DNA from: a virus
IMG/VR virus record: IMGVR_UViG_3300030103_002937
Coordinates: 28,967 to 92,966 of that record
DNA: 64,000 nt
Direction: 5' to 3' (one strand)
The first letter of the stretch is position 1; every line of letters begins with the position of its first letter. The notes beneath the pieces were generated by a model. It saw only the letters and a program-made list of their open reading frames with translations, was not told the DNA's origin and ran no database searches. Shown one piece after another: positions 45,553 through 56,408 of the stretch. The position numbers and the translations under genes were made by a program.

Positions 45553-46314
45553 TTATGCAAACTTTTTTTCTATTGATTTAAAAACTTCTACGCCTTCATC
45601 TGTTTGCAAGAAAGCAGCAAAAGCTGAATATGGGTTTTCATCAAAAGGCACGGTCATAAGTTTTTTGCCGTTTGATACCCAAGTAAACGTTCTTTGATCT
45701 TGCGAAAGATCAATAATATTTGCCTCTTTTGCTTTAATTGCAAAATTACGAAGCTGAACATTTTCGTCATTTGCTAAATCCAAAAATAATACAGGATTTC
45801 TTTTAGCAAATAAAAGTAAATCTCTTTTTATTTCTTTTGAGCTCATATTAGATACCGCGGAGCCTGTTTCAACTCTAACTATAGCTTCCGCTTGGTCTAT
45901 GTCCATAGACATTGCAATATTTAAAGCCTCTACTTCTAGCTCTATATTATCAAGCTCGCCTTCAGCTTCTATTAAAGCATCATGCTCTTTATATTTAAGA
46001 TTTAAAAAAGGATGATATAAAGAAAGCAACTTTTGTAAAGATTGGAATTCTTTGGGTACATGCAAATGCCCATTTTTAAACATGATATGCCCTAATGTAG
46101 CTTCTCCTTTTTGTTCATCAACAAAAACGCTAGGCATGTTAGTAGCATATCTAATTTCTCTTTGTTCTTTTTTATCAGGATCAAACCAAAGAAGAGGTCT
46201 TCTTATGCTGTGACGTGATGGTATTGTATAGGTTAAAGGAGACGTGTCAATTAAATAATAATGTCTATCCTTAATTTCCCAATTGTTTTTTGGAAGGTTT
46301 TTATCTTTTCCCAT
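45553..46314 (-). CDS. Head-associated protein downstream of the major capsid gene
   Basis: 253-aa ORF in the head module. Confidence 0.65.
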   Translation of the reverse strand: MGKDKNLPKNNWEIKDRHYYLIDTSPLTYTIPSRHSIRRPLLWFDPDKKEQREIRYATNMPSVFVDEQKGEATLGHIMFKNGHLHVPKEFQSLQKLLSLYHPFLNLKYKEHDALIEAEGELDNIELEVEALNIAMSMDIDQAEAIVRVETGSAVSNMSSKEIKRDLLLFAKRNPVLFLDLANDENVQLRNFAIKAKEANIIDLSQDQRTFTWVSNGKKLMTVPFDENPYSAFAAFLQTDEGVEVFKSIEKKFA

Positions 46315-46339
46315 GATATAATATAATTAAATAGTTTTA

Positions 46340-46378
46340 AAAAAAAATATAAACCCAGAGCCGAATTAACAGCTCTGG
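46340..46378 (-). terminator. Terminator after the major capsid gene
   Basis: CCAGAGC/GCTCTGG stem followed by a T-rich tract on the minus strand. Confidence 0.65.
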
Positions 46379-46393
46379 ATTTAAAAAATAGTA

Positions 46394-47824
46394 TTAGGCT
46401 TTTAACAATACAAAGTTGTTAGCTCCTTGAACACACAAGCATCTTTCAGATAAGAAGTGAATGTTCATTTCGTCAACATCAGTTGTAAATGCTCCCCCTA
46501 CAGAACCTGTAATCCAAGTTTTCATTCTTCGATCATCAGCTTCTGATGCACGATAACGTACGTGAAGGAATGGTCGTCGAATGTTAGTTCCAAGAATTTG
46601 GTCATATACAGTAGAAGTACCAGCTGGAATAAGAACTCCGTCGATAGCATCAACTTCGCTTCCAGTATACTGGTCATCATTACCACGAGTAGAAGCGTCA
46701 TTCAAGTATTTCCAGTCAGTCTTATAGAAATCATAAGAACCTCTGCGGAAACCAGTAAATCCAAGATTTAAAGCCATTTCCTGAGAGTTTTCAAATAACC
46801 CATAAGCTGTACCGCCTTGCGCGCCAGATGAAAGACCCGCAAGCATATCATCAAAAGCTAGATTAGTAGCACGGTCTAAGAAAAGCATGTTTTCTTCGAT
46901 AGCGCCTTGACCATCTAAATTTTTAAGAATACTGTCAAAGTCAGCAAGTGATGCAGTAAATGAAGAAAATACATTACCTCTGGTAGTAATAGCAGAGAAA
47001 AGTCCTTCTGTTCCTTTAGCACCGCCTGCTGTAGATCCAGCTGCAATACCAGTTGTAACAGTTGCTTTTTCAGATTCTACCATTGCCATTTCAAGATAAT
47101 CTTGGTAACGTAGCCTTGTTTCAGACTCTGCTTTTAAGTACCATAGATAGCCAGAAGTTCCGTCTTCAGTGGCAACTTCTACCCAACCGATCTGAGCTGT
47201 GTCAGAACCGTTAATTCCATATTTATCTTTAATGATAATAGGTGAATTATTAAATTGAGTAAAAGAGGGCTCAACTGAACCGTCCATTCCAGCAGTTCCT
47301 TTCTTAAATTCAGAACCATAAACAAATACTTTCAAATGTGCAGCAGATACAAGTGCAGCCGCCCAAGTAGCAGACCCAAATGGGTGAGCTGTAATTTGAG
47401 TTGCAGTTGCAGCTGAAACAATTGCTTTTTGCTCAGTAGATGTAGCAGGGTCAATAATCACTATTAAACTTTGTACGCGGATAGCGTGAGGTTTGCCAGC
47501 AGCAACGCTGTTATCGTGATCTTGAATTACTACAGTACCATTGTTATTAGCGCCAATTGTACATTTGTCATAAGAAATATGCAAGCGATTTTGCTCGCTC
47601 CAAATAACTTGGTCAGAAGTCATTGGCATCTCAGCACCTACCATTTGAAGGAAGCCAGAAAGCGTACGATTTCCGTATCTTTCTACTTCAGCTTCATAAA
47701 TTTCAGGTAAATACTGCTGAGAGAAGTCATTACCAGCGCCACTAGTAAAATCAAGGTAGCTCTGGTTACTTAGTTGTTTTTGTGCAGTTGGGGTAATTTC
47801 CCCAAACAAAGGTGATAATGCCAT
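46394..47824 (-). CDS. Major capsid protein
   Basis: QQYLPE.YE.E.ERYGNR, WSEQ.RLH, LGF.GFRRGSYDFYK; follows the scaffold gene. Confidence 0.85.
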   Translation of the reverse strand: MALSPLFGEITPTAQKQLSNQSYLDFTSGAGNDFSQQYLPEIYEAEVERYGNRTLSGFLQMVGAEMPMTSDQVIWSEQNRLHISYDKCTIGANNNGTVVIQDHDNSVAAGKPHAIRVQSLIVIIDPATSTEQKAIVSAATATQITAHPFGSATWAAALVSAAHLKVFVYGSEFKKGTAGMDGSVEPSFTQFNNSPIIIKDKYGINGSDTAQIGWVEVATEDGTSGYLWYLKAESETRLRYQDYLEMAMVESEKATVTTGIAAGSTAGGAKGTEGLFSAITTRGNVFSSFTASLADFDSILKNLDGQGAIEENMLFLDRATNLAFDDMLAGLSSGAQGGTAYGLFENSQEMALNLGFTGFRRGSYDFYKTDWKYLNDASTRGNDDQYTGSEVDAIDGVLIPAGTSTVYDQILGTNIRRPFLHVRYRASEADDRRMKTWITGSVGGAFTTDVDEMNIHFLSERCLCVQGANNFVLLKA

Positions 47825-47843
47825 TTGTTATTAATTTTAAATT

Positions 47844-49046
47844 TTAACGTTTTGTTTTAATTTTAAGTTTTGAAGAGTCTGCACCGCTAACAGACTTGAC
47901 TTTTAAACCATTAATAAACACATCCCCGCTTTGAGTTGCACGTGGTTCATTGCTAATATTTTTAGATTTAGCTGTTAAATCACGCACTGCATCCGCGCGC
48001 CCCTGTTCATAAAAATGATTTATTACTTTGTCAGGATTGTTAGCTACGTATAAAGCTTTATGATATCCACTTAAATCTGACACTTCACCTTTGTCATTCA
48101 AGAACTTCTTGATAAAGTTACTTATATCTGATTGTTGATTTGCAACCGAAGAATTATCTTTTAATCCGTACCTAAATTGTTTTTCACCGAGTTTAAAATC
48201 AAAACCTTTGAAATCTTCGTTAAAATAATTTTTTGTACGTCCTTGAAAATCTTCAGTTCGCTGCTTTATAGTTTGCTGCTCTTCGCTGTATCGATTGAAA
48301 AAGTCAACTGCTTTTTGTTGTTCTTGAGTTACGCCGGGTCTCAACTTGATTTCGTCGTAATATTTATCTTTCAGTCCCTCTAAAAAGCCTTTAGCTTTTG
48401 CAACTTCTTCTTTATACGCAATTTTTTTCTTACGTATATCTTTTTGATCATCTAGTTCTTCGTCCCATGTAAAATCTTCTAAAAGAATGCTTACATCTTC
48501 AGAATCTAAATGAGGTTTACTTTGGCGATAATATTCACGCAAAAGTGTATCGTTATCTACATTAGAATAGTCCGCGTTTAATCTTACATAGTCTTCTAAT
48601 GTTCCACCGGTTTCATTCATAAAGTCTACAGCTTTTTGAATATTTTCCGGTAAAGGTTCTGCAGTGTCTTGCGATTCCTGCACGGCTTCCTCAACTTGTT
48701 CTTGCAAAGCTTCAGATTGCTCTTGAACCTCTTGTTCGTTTATTTCTTGTATTACAGGCTCTTCTACTTCTTCTTCGGAGGCCCGTACTTCTTCAACCAC
48801 TTCTTCGCCGCTTTGCGGGTCTTCGGATTCTCCGACAGTAGCATTGCTCTCATCTGTTGTATTGATTTGAACGGCATCTTCTTCTTTTTTTTCAGTAAGA
48901 TCTACCTTAATGGTATCACCTGTTTCTTGAATTTCTTCCGGCTTTTTAGACAAATCTACTTTAATAGTTTTAGGTGTCTCAGAAAGCTTTTTTATTTTTC
49001 GAGGCTTTACTTTAAATTCCCCTTCTTGTGCGACTGTTTCTGTCAT
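47844..49046 (-). CDS. Capsid scaffolding protein
   Basis: Very acidic N-terminal half; lies between portal and major capsid genes. Confidence 0.75.
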   Translation of the reverse strand: MTETVAQEGEFKVKPRKIKKLSETPKTIKVDLSKKPEEIQETGDTIKVDLTEKKEEDAVQINTTDESNATVGESEDPQSGEEVVEEVRASEEEVEEPVIQEINEQEVQEQSEALQEQVEEAVQESQDTAEPLPENIQKAVDFMNETGGTLEDYVRLNADYSNVDNDTLLREYYRQSKPHLDSEDVSILLEDFTWDEELDDQKDIRKKKIAYKEEVAKAKGFLEGLKDKYYDEIKLRPGVTQEQQKAVDFFNRYSEEQQTIKQRTEDFQGRTKNYFNEDFKGFDFKLGEKQFRYGLKDNSSVANQQSDISNFIKKFLNDKGEVSDLSGYHKALYVANNPDKVINHFYEQGRADAVRDLTAKSKNISNEPRATQSGDVFINGLKVKSVSGADSSKLKIKTKR

Positions 49047-49073
49047 AATAAAATATTATAAAATTAATAAAAA

Positions 49074-51479
49074 TTACTTAGGATCAAATTGACCTAAGTC
49101 AAAACCACCTAATACATCAAATCCTGCAGATTCAAAGTTTTTTGGTAGCGTATCATTTTTACGCTGGTCAATTAATTCTGACTGTTGCGTTGCTTGTATT
49201 TTAGTGCGCTCATCTTTTCTATCTTCTTTATAAGCGTCTTTATTTTTTAAAGCTTCAGCTTGAGCTTGAGCTAATTGTTTGTTAAATTGAAATTCAAGTT
49301 CCATTAAGCGCATTTTTATTGCGGCTTCACGCTCAAGTTTTTGTATTTCAAACTGTGATTTACCTTGCTCTAGCTGCAACTTACTTTCAGTTAAAGCTTG
49401 TTGTTTTTGAAGTTCTGCCAATGCTGCCGCCTCAGAAGCCTGTGCATTAGCCTGCCCTTGAGCCTGTATAGTTTGTTGCTGCGCCGCTTGATCCGCTTCT
49501 TGCTTTTTTTGGCGTTTAATACGTAAATATTTATTTGCTAAATCAATATTATTAATATTACGTATTTCAATAGCGTCATCTAAATAAATAGAGCCAGATT
49601 GCAATGCTGCCTGAATATTACTTTCTAAAGATTGTTTTTCTTCAACATCAGGCTCAAGTTGTAAATAAATACCAAAGTCATGCAAATGCAAATTAGATAT
49701 TTCTTTCAATGTTGATACATTAAAATCATTTATACTTTGTTCTAAACTTTCTTCTGTTAATGCAAATTCAAATATATCCTTTGCTTTTAAAGATATATTT
49801 TCGCATAGCCTAAGAGTAATATAAGATGCAGCTTGTAATATATGGCGTGTTGCCGTGTTTGAATTAGCTGCCGCTAATTTCTGTAAACCAACAAGTGCGT
49901 TTTTATCGGGCTGACTGCCATCTCTAGCTTCATTAAGACCGGTCACATCCCGAATCATCTGTAAATAATACTGATACGTATTAATAAGAGAGCCTATCTT
50001 GCCTTGCCCAGATGATGTTTGTAATTCTTGAATAGGAACTTTACCGGGGTTCATATCGCCCTCTTGTGTAAATGATCTTCCAACAATGCTACCAGTTTGG
50101 AAGTACATGTTTAAAGCCTCCGCTGGATTATAATTAGTTCCATTACCTAAATCAACTTCAGCTAATCCATCAACATCTACATAAACGCCATCCGGCACCA
50201 TTCGGGACATCACTTGTTGGAGCTTAAGATGTGTAAGTTGAATCATATCAGCAAAGCCAGTTATACGACTAACTAAAGATTCAACCCTGCCTCTGTACAT
50301 TCTAGGAGCTACTAAAGTATAATTCATTTCAACCTTAGGCGAATCAGCATACGGTCTAGTCATGTTTTCGGCCATATTCCACGACAACATTTTTTCATGA
50401 CCTAATATTTTAGCACCTGTGTAAAGAACTTCAATAGTTCTTTCTACTCTTTCAAAATTATCATTAGTTGGAGGGTTAAATGTATCTGGCTTTTCTAAAG
50501 CTTTTTGCAAACCCTGTTCTGTTTCTTTAATTTTAAATACTTGCTTTTCAAAAGTTTTATATTCAAAAAACATAACACTTATTGTGTTATTATCATTCTG
50601 CCCATAATAATTTCTTACATAATCATTATTGCCTGGGTACTTTTGTATTTCTATAAGATCTTCTGGCGTAAGATAAGGAAACAATTTTGCAATTTCACTT
50701 AATGAAACTTGTTTTACTTCTCCTATGTAATACAGATCATCAAAATTAGGATCTTCAGTATAAGAATACACAAGATTTGCTGGATCAACATATTTAACTC
50801 GTAGGCCATTTGACTTATTATATTCTGTTTTAGCAGCGCCTATACCACATACGACTAAATCATAAATAAATCTTTTTCTAACCTCGTCATATTTATTTTT
50901 ATCTAAAGAATTATTTATAAGTTCTTCTAATGCTATTTCAACAGCTTCTTTATAATTAAGCTGCATATATACTTCAAACTCATCCTGGTCTTTAGGTAAA
51001 TTTTCTGGGTCTGGAACTGAAAAGAAATTAATACCTGTTTCTTGCGTAAGCTGCGTTAATGATTGCCGATTAAACATATCAGACATAACTGTTTCAGCGT
51101 ATCTTGTTTTTTTCTGTTTAGCTATAGGATCTTGTGCGTACGCTTTTATTTCATAATTGCGCTGAGACATACCGTTCACAACAATATCTACAAACTTAGG
51201 TATCACTGGTACTGGTTTCCAATCTAAATTAAGATAAGATAAATCACCATTAATAGATAATTCATCTTTATATTTTTGAATTGACTGTTCACCGCGAGCA
51301 TATAGTCTTCGTCTATGATATTCTTGAAAATTAGAAGTAAATCGATCTCCTCCACGGTTATTTCTAAACCACTCGTTTTCAATAGCTCTCGCTACTTGTA
51401 AGCCGTAATCTAATGTTTGCTTTTCCTCATTAGGTACCACCTGATCGGGAAACGAGCTTTTATAATTAGTATTAACCAT
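49074..51479 (-). CDS. Portal protein
   Basis: LSYLNLDW.PVP.IPKFVDIVVNG, IRDVTGLNEARDG; Gln-rich C-terminal barrel. Confidence 0.9.
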   Translation of the reverse strand: MVNTNYKSSFPDQVVPNEEKQTLDYGLQVARAIENEWFRNNRGGDRFTSNFQEYHRRRLYARGEQSIQKYKDELSINGDLSYLNLDWKPVPVIPKFVDIVVNGMSQRNYEIKAYAQDPIAKQKKTRYAETVMSDMFNRQSLTQLTQETGINFFSVPDPENLPKDQDEFEVYMQLNYKEAVEIALEELINNSLDKNKYDEVRKRFIYDLVVCGIGAAKTEYNKSNGLRVKYVDPANLVYSYTEDPNFDDLYYIGEVKQVSLSEIAKLFPYLTPEDLIEIQKYPGNNDYVRNYYGQNDNNTISVMFFEYKTFEKQVFKIKETEQGLQKALEKPDTFNPPTNDNFERVERTIEVLYTGAKILGHEKMLSWNMAENMTRPYADSPKVEMNYTLVAPRMYRGRVESLVSRITGFADMIQLTHLKLQQVMSRMVPDGVYVDVDGLAEVDLGNGTNYNPAEALNMYFQTGSIVGRSFTQEGDMNPGKVPIQELQTSSGQGKIGSLINTYQYYLQMIRDVTGLNEARDGSQPDKNALVGLQKLAAANSNTATRHILQAASYITLRLCENISLKAKDIFEFALTEESLEQSINDFNVSTLKEISNLHLHDFGIYLQLEPDVEEKQSLESNIQAALQSGSIYLDDAIEIRNINNIDLANKYLRIKRQKKQEADQAAQQQTIQAQGQANAQASEAAALAELQKQQALTESKLQLEQGKSQFEIQKLEREAAIKMRLMELEFQFNKQLAQAQAEALKNKDAYKEDRKDERTKIQATQQSELIDQRKNDTLPKNFESAGFDVLGGFDLGQFDPK

Positions 51480-51482
51480 TTA

Positions 51483-53696
51483 TTATATTATTTTTGAACT
51501 ATATCCTTTATTGTTATATTTTTTAAACCCAAGCGGAACAGATTTTATAATTTTTTCCGCAGACGGTCTATATCTGTTTTTGTTGCAGGCCATAATAGCT
51601 AAACCAGAACTAATTGTTGCGTCAAATTTTGTTCTGTTATTTATATTAAAGCCAGACCAATCTTCTAAAGTTTTTTGAAAGTACATATCGCCATACATGC
51701 CTTCTGTAACTTGTCCTATATAATTTTCTATATAACTTTCAATTGCAGCAGCGTGAGCTTGCTTAATATCCTCAGAAGTATTAGGAATTCCACCTATATC
51801 TTTTTCTGTAACAGAAAGCTTATTCCAAAGCTTGTCTGGCCTATTCATCGAAAAACCTCTATAACCTCTACGTTTTAAATAGTATAATAACCGAGGCTTA
51901 TTATTTTCCGCAAGTATTGGCATACCATAAAAGACTAAAGCCATCAGAACATCTTCAAAAAATATTTCTGCTGTTTGTGGTCTTGCCACATACTCTAGAA
52001 AAAACATATTAGGAGGCGCATCCTCCATACTAAACTTTGTTAAACCATGCAAAGAACCTTTGGAGCCTCTTTTGTCAACTGTACCTGATATATCATATGA
52101 GTCACATCCAAATGCACCAACGTGCTCATTGCCTGGGTATTTAATACCATTTTTTACTATTACATGATTTTGTAAACTTTTAGGAGGTACCCAGCTAATT
52201 TTAAATCTTCCATTTTTATTTGGCGCAAATATTACATTACTATCTTGCTCACCATTTTGCCATTGGAAGCTGCCCTGCGTAACTTGCATGCTATTTTGTA
52301 CTTCTTCGTTATAATCTATTTGCTCATAAATCTTAGTTAGATTAAATAAAGATTCTTTTGCCTCATCTCTAAAAGCGTGTTGTTCTGTACGAGGAAACTG
52401 CCGGTAGTACTCATTTAAACCCTCTTGATCATTTTTAAGACCATCAACCTCATTTTGCCAATGCTCTATAACCCCTTGGTCAATAATATCTCCATGTGGT
52501 CCTCTAACTTCTTTTTTCGGTGTATCGAAGACAGGGTGTCCATAAGAATCAATGAATCCTTCGTAGTTCCATTCCATAGGTATGAACAAAGAATATAGTC
52601 CCGAGCTAGTCTGTCCATTGCGGTTCCGTTTAGTAACGTTTGAATCTTCGTATAATTTTTTGAAATTTGCTCCACCTTTATCTAATGCATTTGAAGTTGA
52701 GCCCATCATACACTTACCAACGATTCTAGATCCTAATCTAAGTGTTGTTTTTGTAACTCGCCAGTTATTTAATATGTTATCCGGTCTTTCCCACTTTCCA
52801 CTTTCGTCGTGTGCTAGCAGCTTTAATTTTTCTCCGTCGTACGAGTTGTCTCCCGTGTTCTTCCAGTCGATTGTAGTGTCGAGCCCTTCGAGTTCCTCCG
52901 GCCCTTGGCCCTGATCAAGTTTGCGCCTTGTGAGTTTTGACGCGGGTACTCTATACGCCAGTTCGGTTTTTGGCCGGTCCATTCCGTCTTGTATCGGTTT
53001 GAAAAAAAACGGATAGTTGACGGATATTGGTACAACTTTATCTGTGAACATTTTTTTAGCATCGGCTCCAGATTTGGACAATATCCCAAACCGTGAATCG
53101 GAAGATATTGTCGCTTGATTAACCAGCTCTCCTGATGCCATGAAAGAAAAACCAGAGCGTCTGTTTTTGAGATAGCACATTCCATAACTGCGTGAATCGG
53201 CTTTACATGCTTCCCAGAAAATAAAAAATAATCTGTTTGATTCTCTGAATTCTGCTTCGCCCACGTCAATTTTAGCCCACTGCAAGTACATGTAATGAGT
53301 GCCAGTGATATAAGTAGGAATATCTTTATTAACGAACGAAAAACCCTCATCACGGCGTTTGAATTCTTCGTCAATATAATCATAGTATTTTTCTTTAAAG
53401 TATTCAGGCATTTGATTCCACTCAAATACGCTTTTTATTTTTTTAAGCTCTTTAGGGTAGTCTATTCGATTCCACGTATTTTTTTTAAATTTATGCGGTT
53501 CAAATATTTTTGGTAAAGCTATCTTAAGATTTTGTATGCTATACACATCGCCAATCTCACCCGTTTTACTTATTACTACAACATCACTTTCTTTGTCGTA
53601 GCCGTACTTCCATTGCTTATACCTATTCTTTTTATTAAGAACTTTCTTGCTTATATAATCAGGCAGAACTTCAAACAATGTCTGTGTATAATTCAT
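51483..53696 (-). CDS. terL: Terminase large subunit
   Basis: LKNRRSGFS (Walker A-like), HDESGKW (Walker B), GSTSN, nuclease GCDSYD, AENNK. Confidence 0.92.
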   Translation of the reverse strand: MNYTQTLFEVLPDYISKKVLNKKNRYKQWKYGYDKESDVVVISKTGEIGDVYSIQNLKIALPKIFEPHKFKKNTWNRIDYPKELKKIKSVFEWNQMPEYFKEKYYDYIDEEFKRRDEGFSFVNKDIPTYITGTHYMYLQWAKIDVGEAEFRESNRLFFIFWEACKADSRSYGMCYLKNRRSGFSFMASGELVNQATISSDSRFGILSKSGADAKKMFTDKVVPISVNYPFFFKPIQDGMDRPKTELAYRVPASKLTRRKLDQGQGPEELEGLDTTIDWKNTGDNSYDGEKLKLLAHDESGKWERPDNILNNWRVTKTTLRLGSRIVGKCMMGSTSNALDKGGANFKKLYEDSNVTKRNRNGQTSSGLYSLFIPMEWNYEGFIDSYGHPVFDTPKKEVRGPHGDIIDQGVIEHWQNEVDGLKNDQEGLNEYYRQFPRTEQHAFRDEAKESLFNLTKIYEQIDYNEEVQNSMQVTQGSFQWQNGEQDSNVIFAPNKNGRFKISWVPPKSLQNHVIVKNGIKYPGNEHVGAFGCDSYDISGTVDKRGSKGSLHGLTKFSMEDAPPNMFFLEYVARPQTAEIFFEDVLMALVFYGMPILAENNKPRLLYYLKRRGYRGFSMNRPDKLWNKLSVTEKDIGGIPNTSEDIKQAHAAAIESYIENYIGQVTEGMYGDMYFQKTLEDWSGFNINNRTKFDATISSGLAIMACNKNRYRPSAEKIIKSVPLGFKKYNNKGYSSKII

Positions 53697-53968
53697 TTTG
53701 ATCTACCCTCTGCAAAGCCTTTAAATGATTTAGCTTTAGCTGCTTCGTTTTCTCCTTCTAATAATGATCTTTCTTCGTCTATGCGTGTTAATATTTCAAA
53801 CGCATCAAAGATTGCTAACTTTTTAGTAGCCGCAGCATTTTTAAGCCTATCCGCTGAAAGGTCGTCTTCAGTATCTGTTATAATCTGCTCTTCAGCAACG
53901 CGAATTAATTCATTAACTGCTTTTTGCCCAGCTCGGATTATATTCCTCTTCGTGTCCTTTACGTTCAT
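53693..53968 (-). CDS. Putative terminase small subunit
   Basis: Helical 91-aa ORF with ATGA overlap on terL. Confidence 0.5.
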   Translation of the reverse strand: MNVKDTKRNIIRAGQKAVNELIRVAEEQIITDTEDDLSADRLKNAAATKKLAIFDAFEILTRIDEERSLLEGENEAAKAKSFKGFAEGRSK

Positions 53969-54518
53969 ACTTAATAGCTATATCATTTGATTTCATACAA
54001 TAAAGACGTTCATCGTCTATAATAAATTCCCATTCGCTACTAGGCGTAAAGCCTACCAGGTCTCCTGGGTTAATTTGAAGCGCTTCTAGCGCATTATTAC
54101 CATACTTTAGTATACCAATATGCTTTTGCTCTTTTTCGTTTGAATATGAGCTTGTTTCTTTAATTGGCTTTATAAAGCATCTATTATTAACCATGACCCA
54201 ATTTTTATTTTTTTTATAGCCGTACACTTGGTCTGGATTAACAAAATACATATGATCTTTAAAATATGTACTACCATTTTTTTCTTTACCTTTGATATCA
54301 TAATATCTTCTAAAGATATTGTGGTGTATTAATATGATATCGCCAGCTTTTATACCTGTATTAAAAGCAGCAGGGGTAGAAATTACTATAGCTTCTTTAT
54401 TTATATGACGAAAGCTTTCTATACTTGTATTTAGTAGCAGGCTAGTGTCGCCTACTTTTTTAGTATTATTATATCGTTCGCCTTTGGGTTTAACTATAAA
54501 TTGGTATAATGATTTCAT
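53913..54518 (-). CDS. Tandem GroES-like (co-chaperonin fold) protein
   Basis: FIVKP...GIKAGD.I..HHN and FIKPI...INPGD.VGF...E...IDDERLY.M...DI. Confidence 0.65.
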   Translation of the reverse strand: MKSLYQFIVKPKGERYNNTKKVGDTSLLLNTSIESFRHINKEAIVISTPAAFNTGIKAGDIILIHHNIFRRYYDIKGKEKNGSTYFKDHMYFVNPDQVYGYKKNKNWVMVNNRCFIKPIKETSSYSNEKEQKHIGILKYGNNALEALQINPGDLVGFTPSSEWEFIIDDERLYCMKSNDIAIKYERKGHEEEYNPSWAKSS

Positions 54519-54751
54519 TAGTACTCAAGATCATACTCAACAGATATTGCCATGTTAGAATTAAATTTCTTCCACGGCAACAAATCTGACTTTTTCTTAA
54601 TATAAATATTGTAAGAAGAATCTTTATCTTCAAATAATATAGCGGATATTTCATGACCACCATATACTTGCTGACCTACTGAATAATGCATTGCGTCATT
54701 TTTATAGTCTGACCCAATGCTAATCTTCCTTATTAGATTCATCTTTTTCAA
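54518..54751 (-). CDS. Small phage protein
   Basis: IRKISIG.DYKNDAMHY.VGQ.VYGGH. Confidence 0.7.
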   Translation of the reverse strand: MKKMNLIRKISIGSDYKNDAMHYSVGQQVYGGHEISAILFEDKDSSYNIYIKKKSDLLPWKKFNSNMAISVEYDLEY

Positions 54752-54968
54752 TTTTAGAATACTCGCCAGTTTCTAGATTGATGCTAATAGAACCATATTC
54801 TTCTTCAAGTTCTAATTTAAATTCTTCAACATCTTTATTTAAACCGGCTAAGTCGTGCAGTAAAGCGTGTTTATTAGACTCTACTATGCCTATTTTATTT
54901 AATAATGAATTTAAAGCAGTTTGCTGCTTATGTAACTTTTCTAATTGCTCGTCTGTAATTTTTGACAT
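54720..54968 (-). CDS. Coiled-coil protein
   Basis: Start re-called at MSKITDEQL; LEEEYG...INL.TGEY. Confidence 0.7.
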   Translation of the reverse strand: MSKITDEQLEKLHKQQTALNSLLNKIGIVESNKHALLHDLAGLNKDVEEFKLELEEEYGSISINLETGEYSKIEKDESNKED

Positions 54969-54978
54969 TTGATTTAAT

Positions 54979-55377
54979 TTAATTATTATTGTTGGATTTT
55001 TTTGATTTTTCCCACGTGCGTCCAACAAAATACGCGCCGTAGACTGTTATTAATAATGATTGAAAAATTGGAATATATTCTTGTGCAACTTCAAAACCAC
55101 CTACATTACCATCAGCAAATGCTAGAATAGTAAATATAGATGTAAGATACACTAACACAAGCGGCCGAATGTTTTTTGATAAAAATGAATCTGATTGCAT
55201 ATCCATTTTCCATCTTTCAGTCACTTGCGTTTGCGCGTCTTGATCTGCTTTTTCTAATAGCTCTTGTATTTTTTGTTTAGCGGCTAATCTTTCTTCGTCT
55301 GTAGTTGTAAGTTTATCAATTACATTACCTACGTCTTTAATTATACCACCAGATAAAATACTTAAAAGCTTTTTCAT
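54979..55377 (-). CDS. Holin (GTA-type 3TM holin family)
   Basis: VIDKL.TTDEE.L.AK; RW..DM.SDS.LSKNIRP; GAYF.GR..EK. Confidence 0.8.
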   Translation of the reverse strand: MKKLLSILSGGIIKDVGNVIDKLTTTDEERLAAKQKIQELLEKADQDAQTQVTERWKMDMQSDSFLSKNIRPLVLVYLTSIFTILAFADGNVGGFEVAQEYIPIFQSLLITVYGAYFVGRTWEKSKKSNNNN

Positions 55378-55577
55378 TAAATAATTTTTTTAGTAAACAA
55401 TTTTGAAGCCAGCTTATAACTCCAGCCAAAAAATAAAAAAATAGTACTAAAACCTAAAACATAAGCCATCATATCATGGTGAAATTGTTCCATATAAAAT
55501 AGCCTCCCGTTAAATAGATTTAAAATAGCACTACATGTAATAAATATAAATAAAATTAAAATGGTTATTTTTTTCAT
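55377..55577 (-). CDS. Small 2-TM membrane protein
   Basis: Start re-called at MKKITILILF. Confidence 0.6.
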   Translation of the reverse strand: MKKITILILFIFITCSAILNLFNGRLFYMEQFHHDMMAYVLGFSTIFLFFGWSYKLASKLFTKKII

Positions 55578-55593
55578 TGTTTTAATATTAATT

Positions 55594-56052
55594 TTAAAAT
55601 GATGCTTTTCGAACTCCTTTGCCGTCAAAAGATCCTTTATCTTTTCTTTTAGCCTTTTTACCAAGCCCTGTAAAACTACCGTAACCAGAGTCATCAAAAG
55701 CATCAGCTACACTAAAATATGTTTCGCCTTTTTTTACTCTAGCTCTGGAAGTATCATAATTTTTTTGCTCCTGATTTTTTAATATCTGCATATTAAGGTT
55801 ATCCTTTCTACTTACCGATGCAGGCATTCTTTTAGGGTCAGGTGTAATTAAATCTCTTGCTTGATAGCCTACGTCTTTTATAAACTGTCCTGCAGTATTA
55901 AGGATTTTTCTACCAGTACTAATTTCAGGCTTTTTCTTTGTTTTTGCACCCATCATCATTAAGCCAGATTCGCTATCTTTAAGCATAAGTCCGGCTGCTT
56001 TGTTTTTCATTTGCCCCTTTAGTACATTAGCGGGCGATTGTTTATATGCCAT
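55594..56052 (-). CDS. Basic low-complexity protein (starts MAYKQSP)
   Basis: ORF track. Confidence 0.7.
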   Translation of the reverse strand: MAYKQSPANVLKGQMKNKAAGLMLKDSESGLMMMGAKTKKKPEISTGRKILNTAGQFIKDVGYQARDLITPDPKRMPASVSRKDNLNMQILKNQEQKNYDTSRARVKKGETYFSVADAFDDSGYGSFTGLGKKAKRKDKGSFDGKGVRKASF

Positions 56053-56090
56053 TTTGTTTGTTTTTAATTATTATTATTATTACCTATTTT

Positions 56091-56405
56091 TTACTTTTTT
56101 GACTTATTATAAGCTTCTTTTTCCCAAGGTAAATTTTTATCACCTTCTTTTATACTAGATCTAGGTATTATTCTACCCATCCAATATATATTTTTATCAT
56201 CATAATCAAGATCACCTCTACGCATTTGGTTTATATGCACTTGCTCATGTTTAATGACATCTTTAGCTTCTAATGGTGATAAGTCTTGATCGATTATTAT
56301 TGTGCCATTATTATTAGCTTTACCTAAAACGCCTTCTTCCATGTCTACAGAGTACACAGGAGTTTCATCCATTTTAAACGGCGCGGGTTTCATTTTAAAA
56401 GCCAT
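56091..56405 (-). CDS. Small zincin metallopeptidase
   Basis: LGKA...GTI.I......VIKHEQVHINQ; PWEKEAY. Confidence 0.75.
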   Translation of the reverse strand: MAFKMKPAPFKMDETPVYSVDMEEGVLGKANNNGTIIIDQDLSPLEAKDVIKHEQVHINQMRRGDLDYDDKNIYWMGRIIPRSSIKEGDKNLPWEKEAYNKSKK

Positions 56406-56408
56406 AGT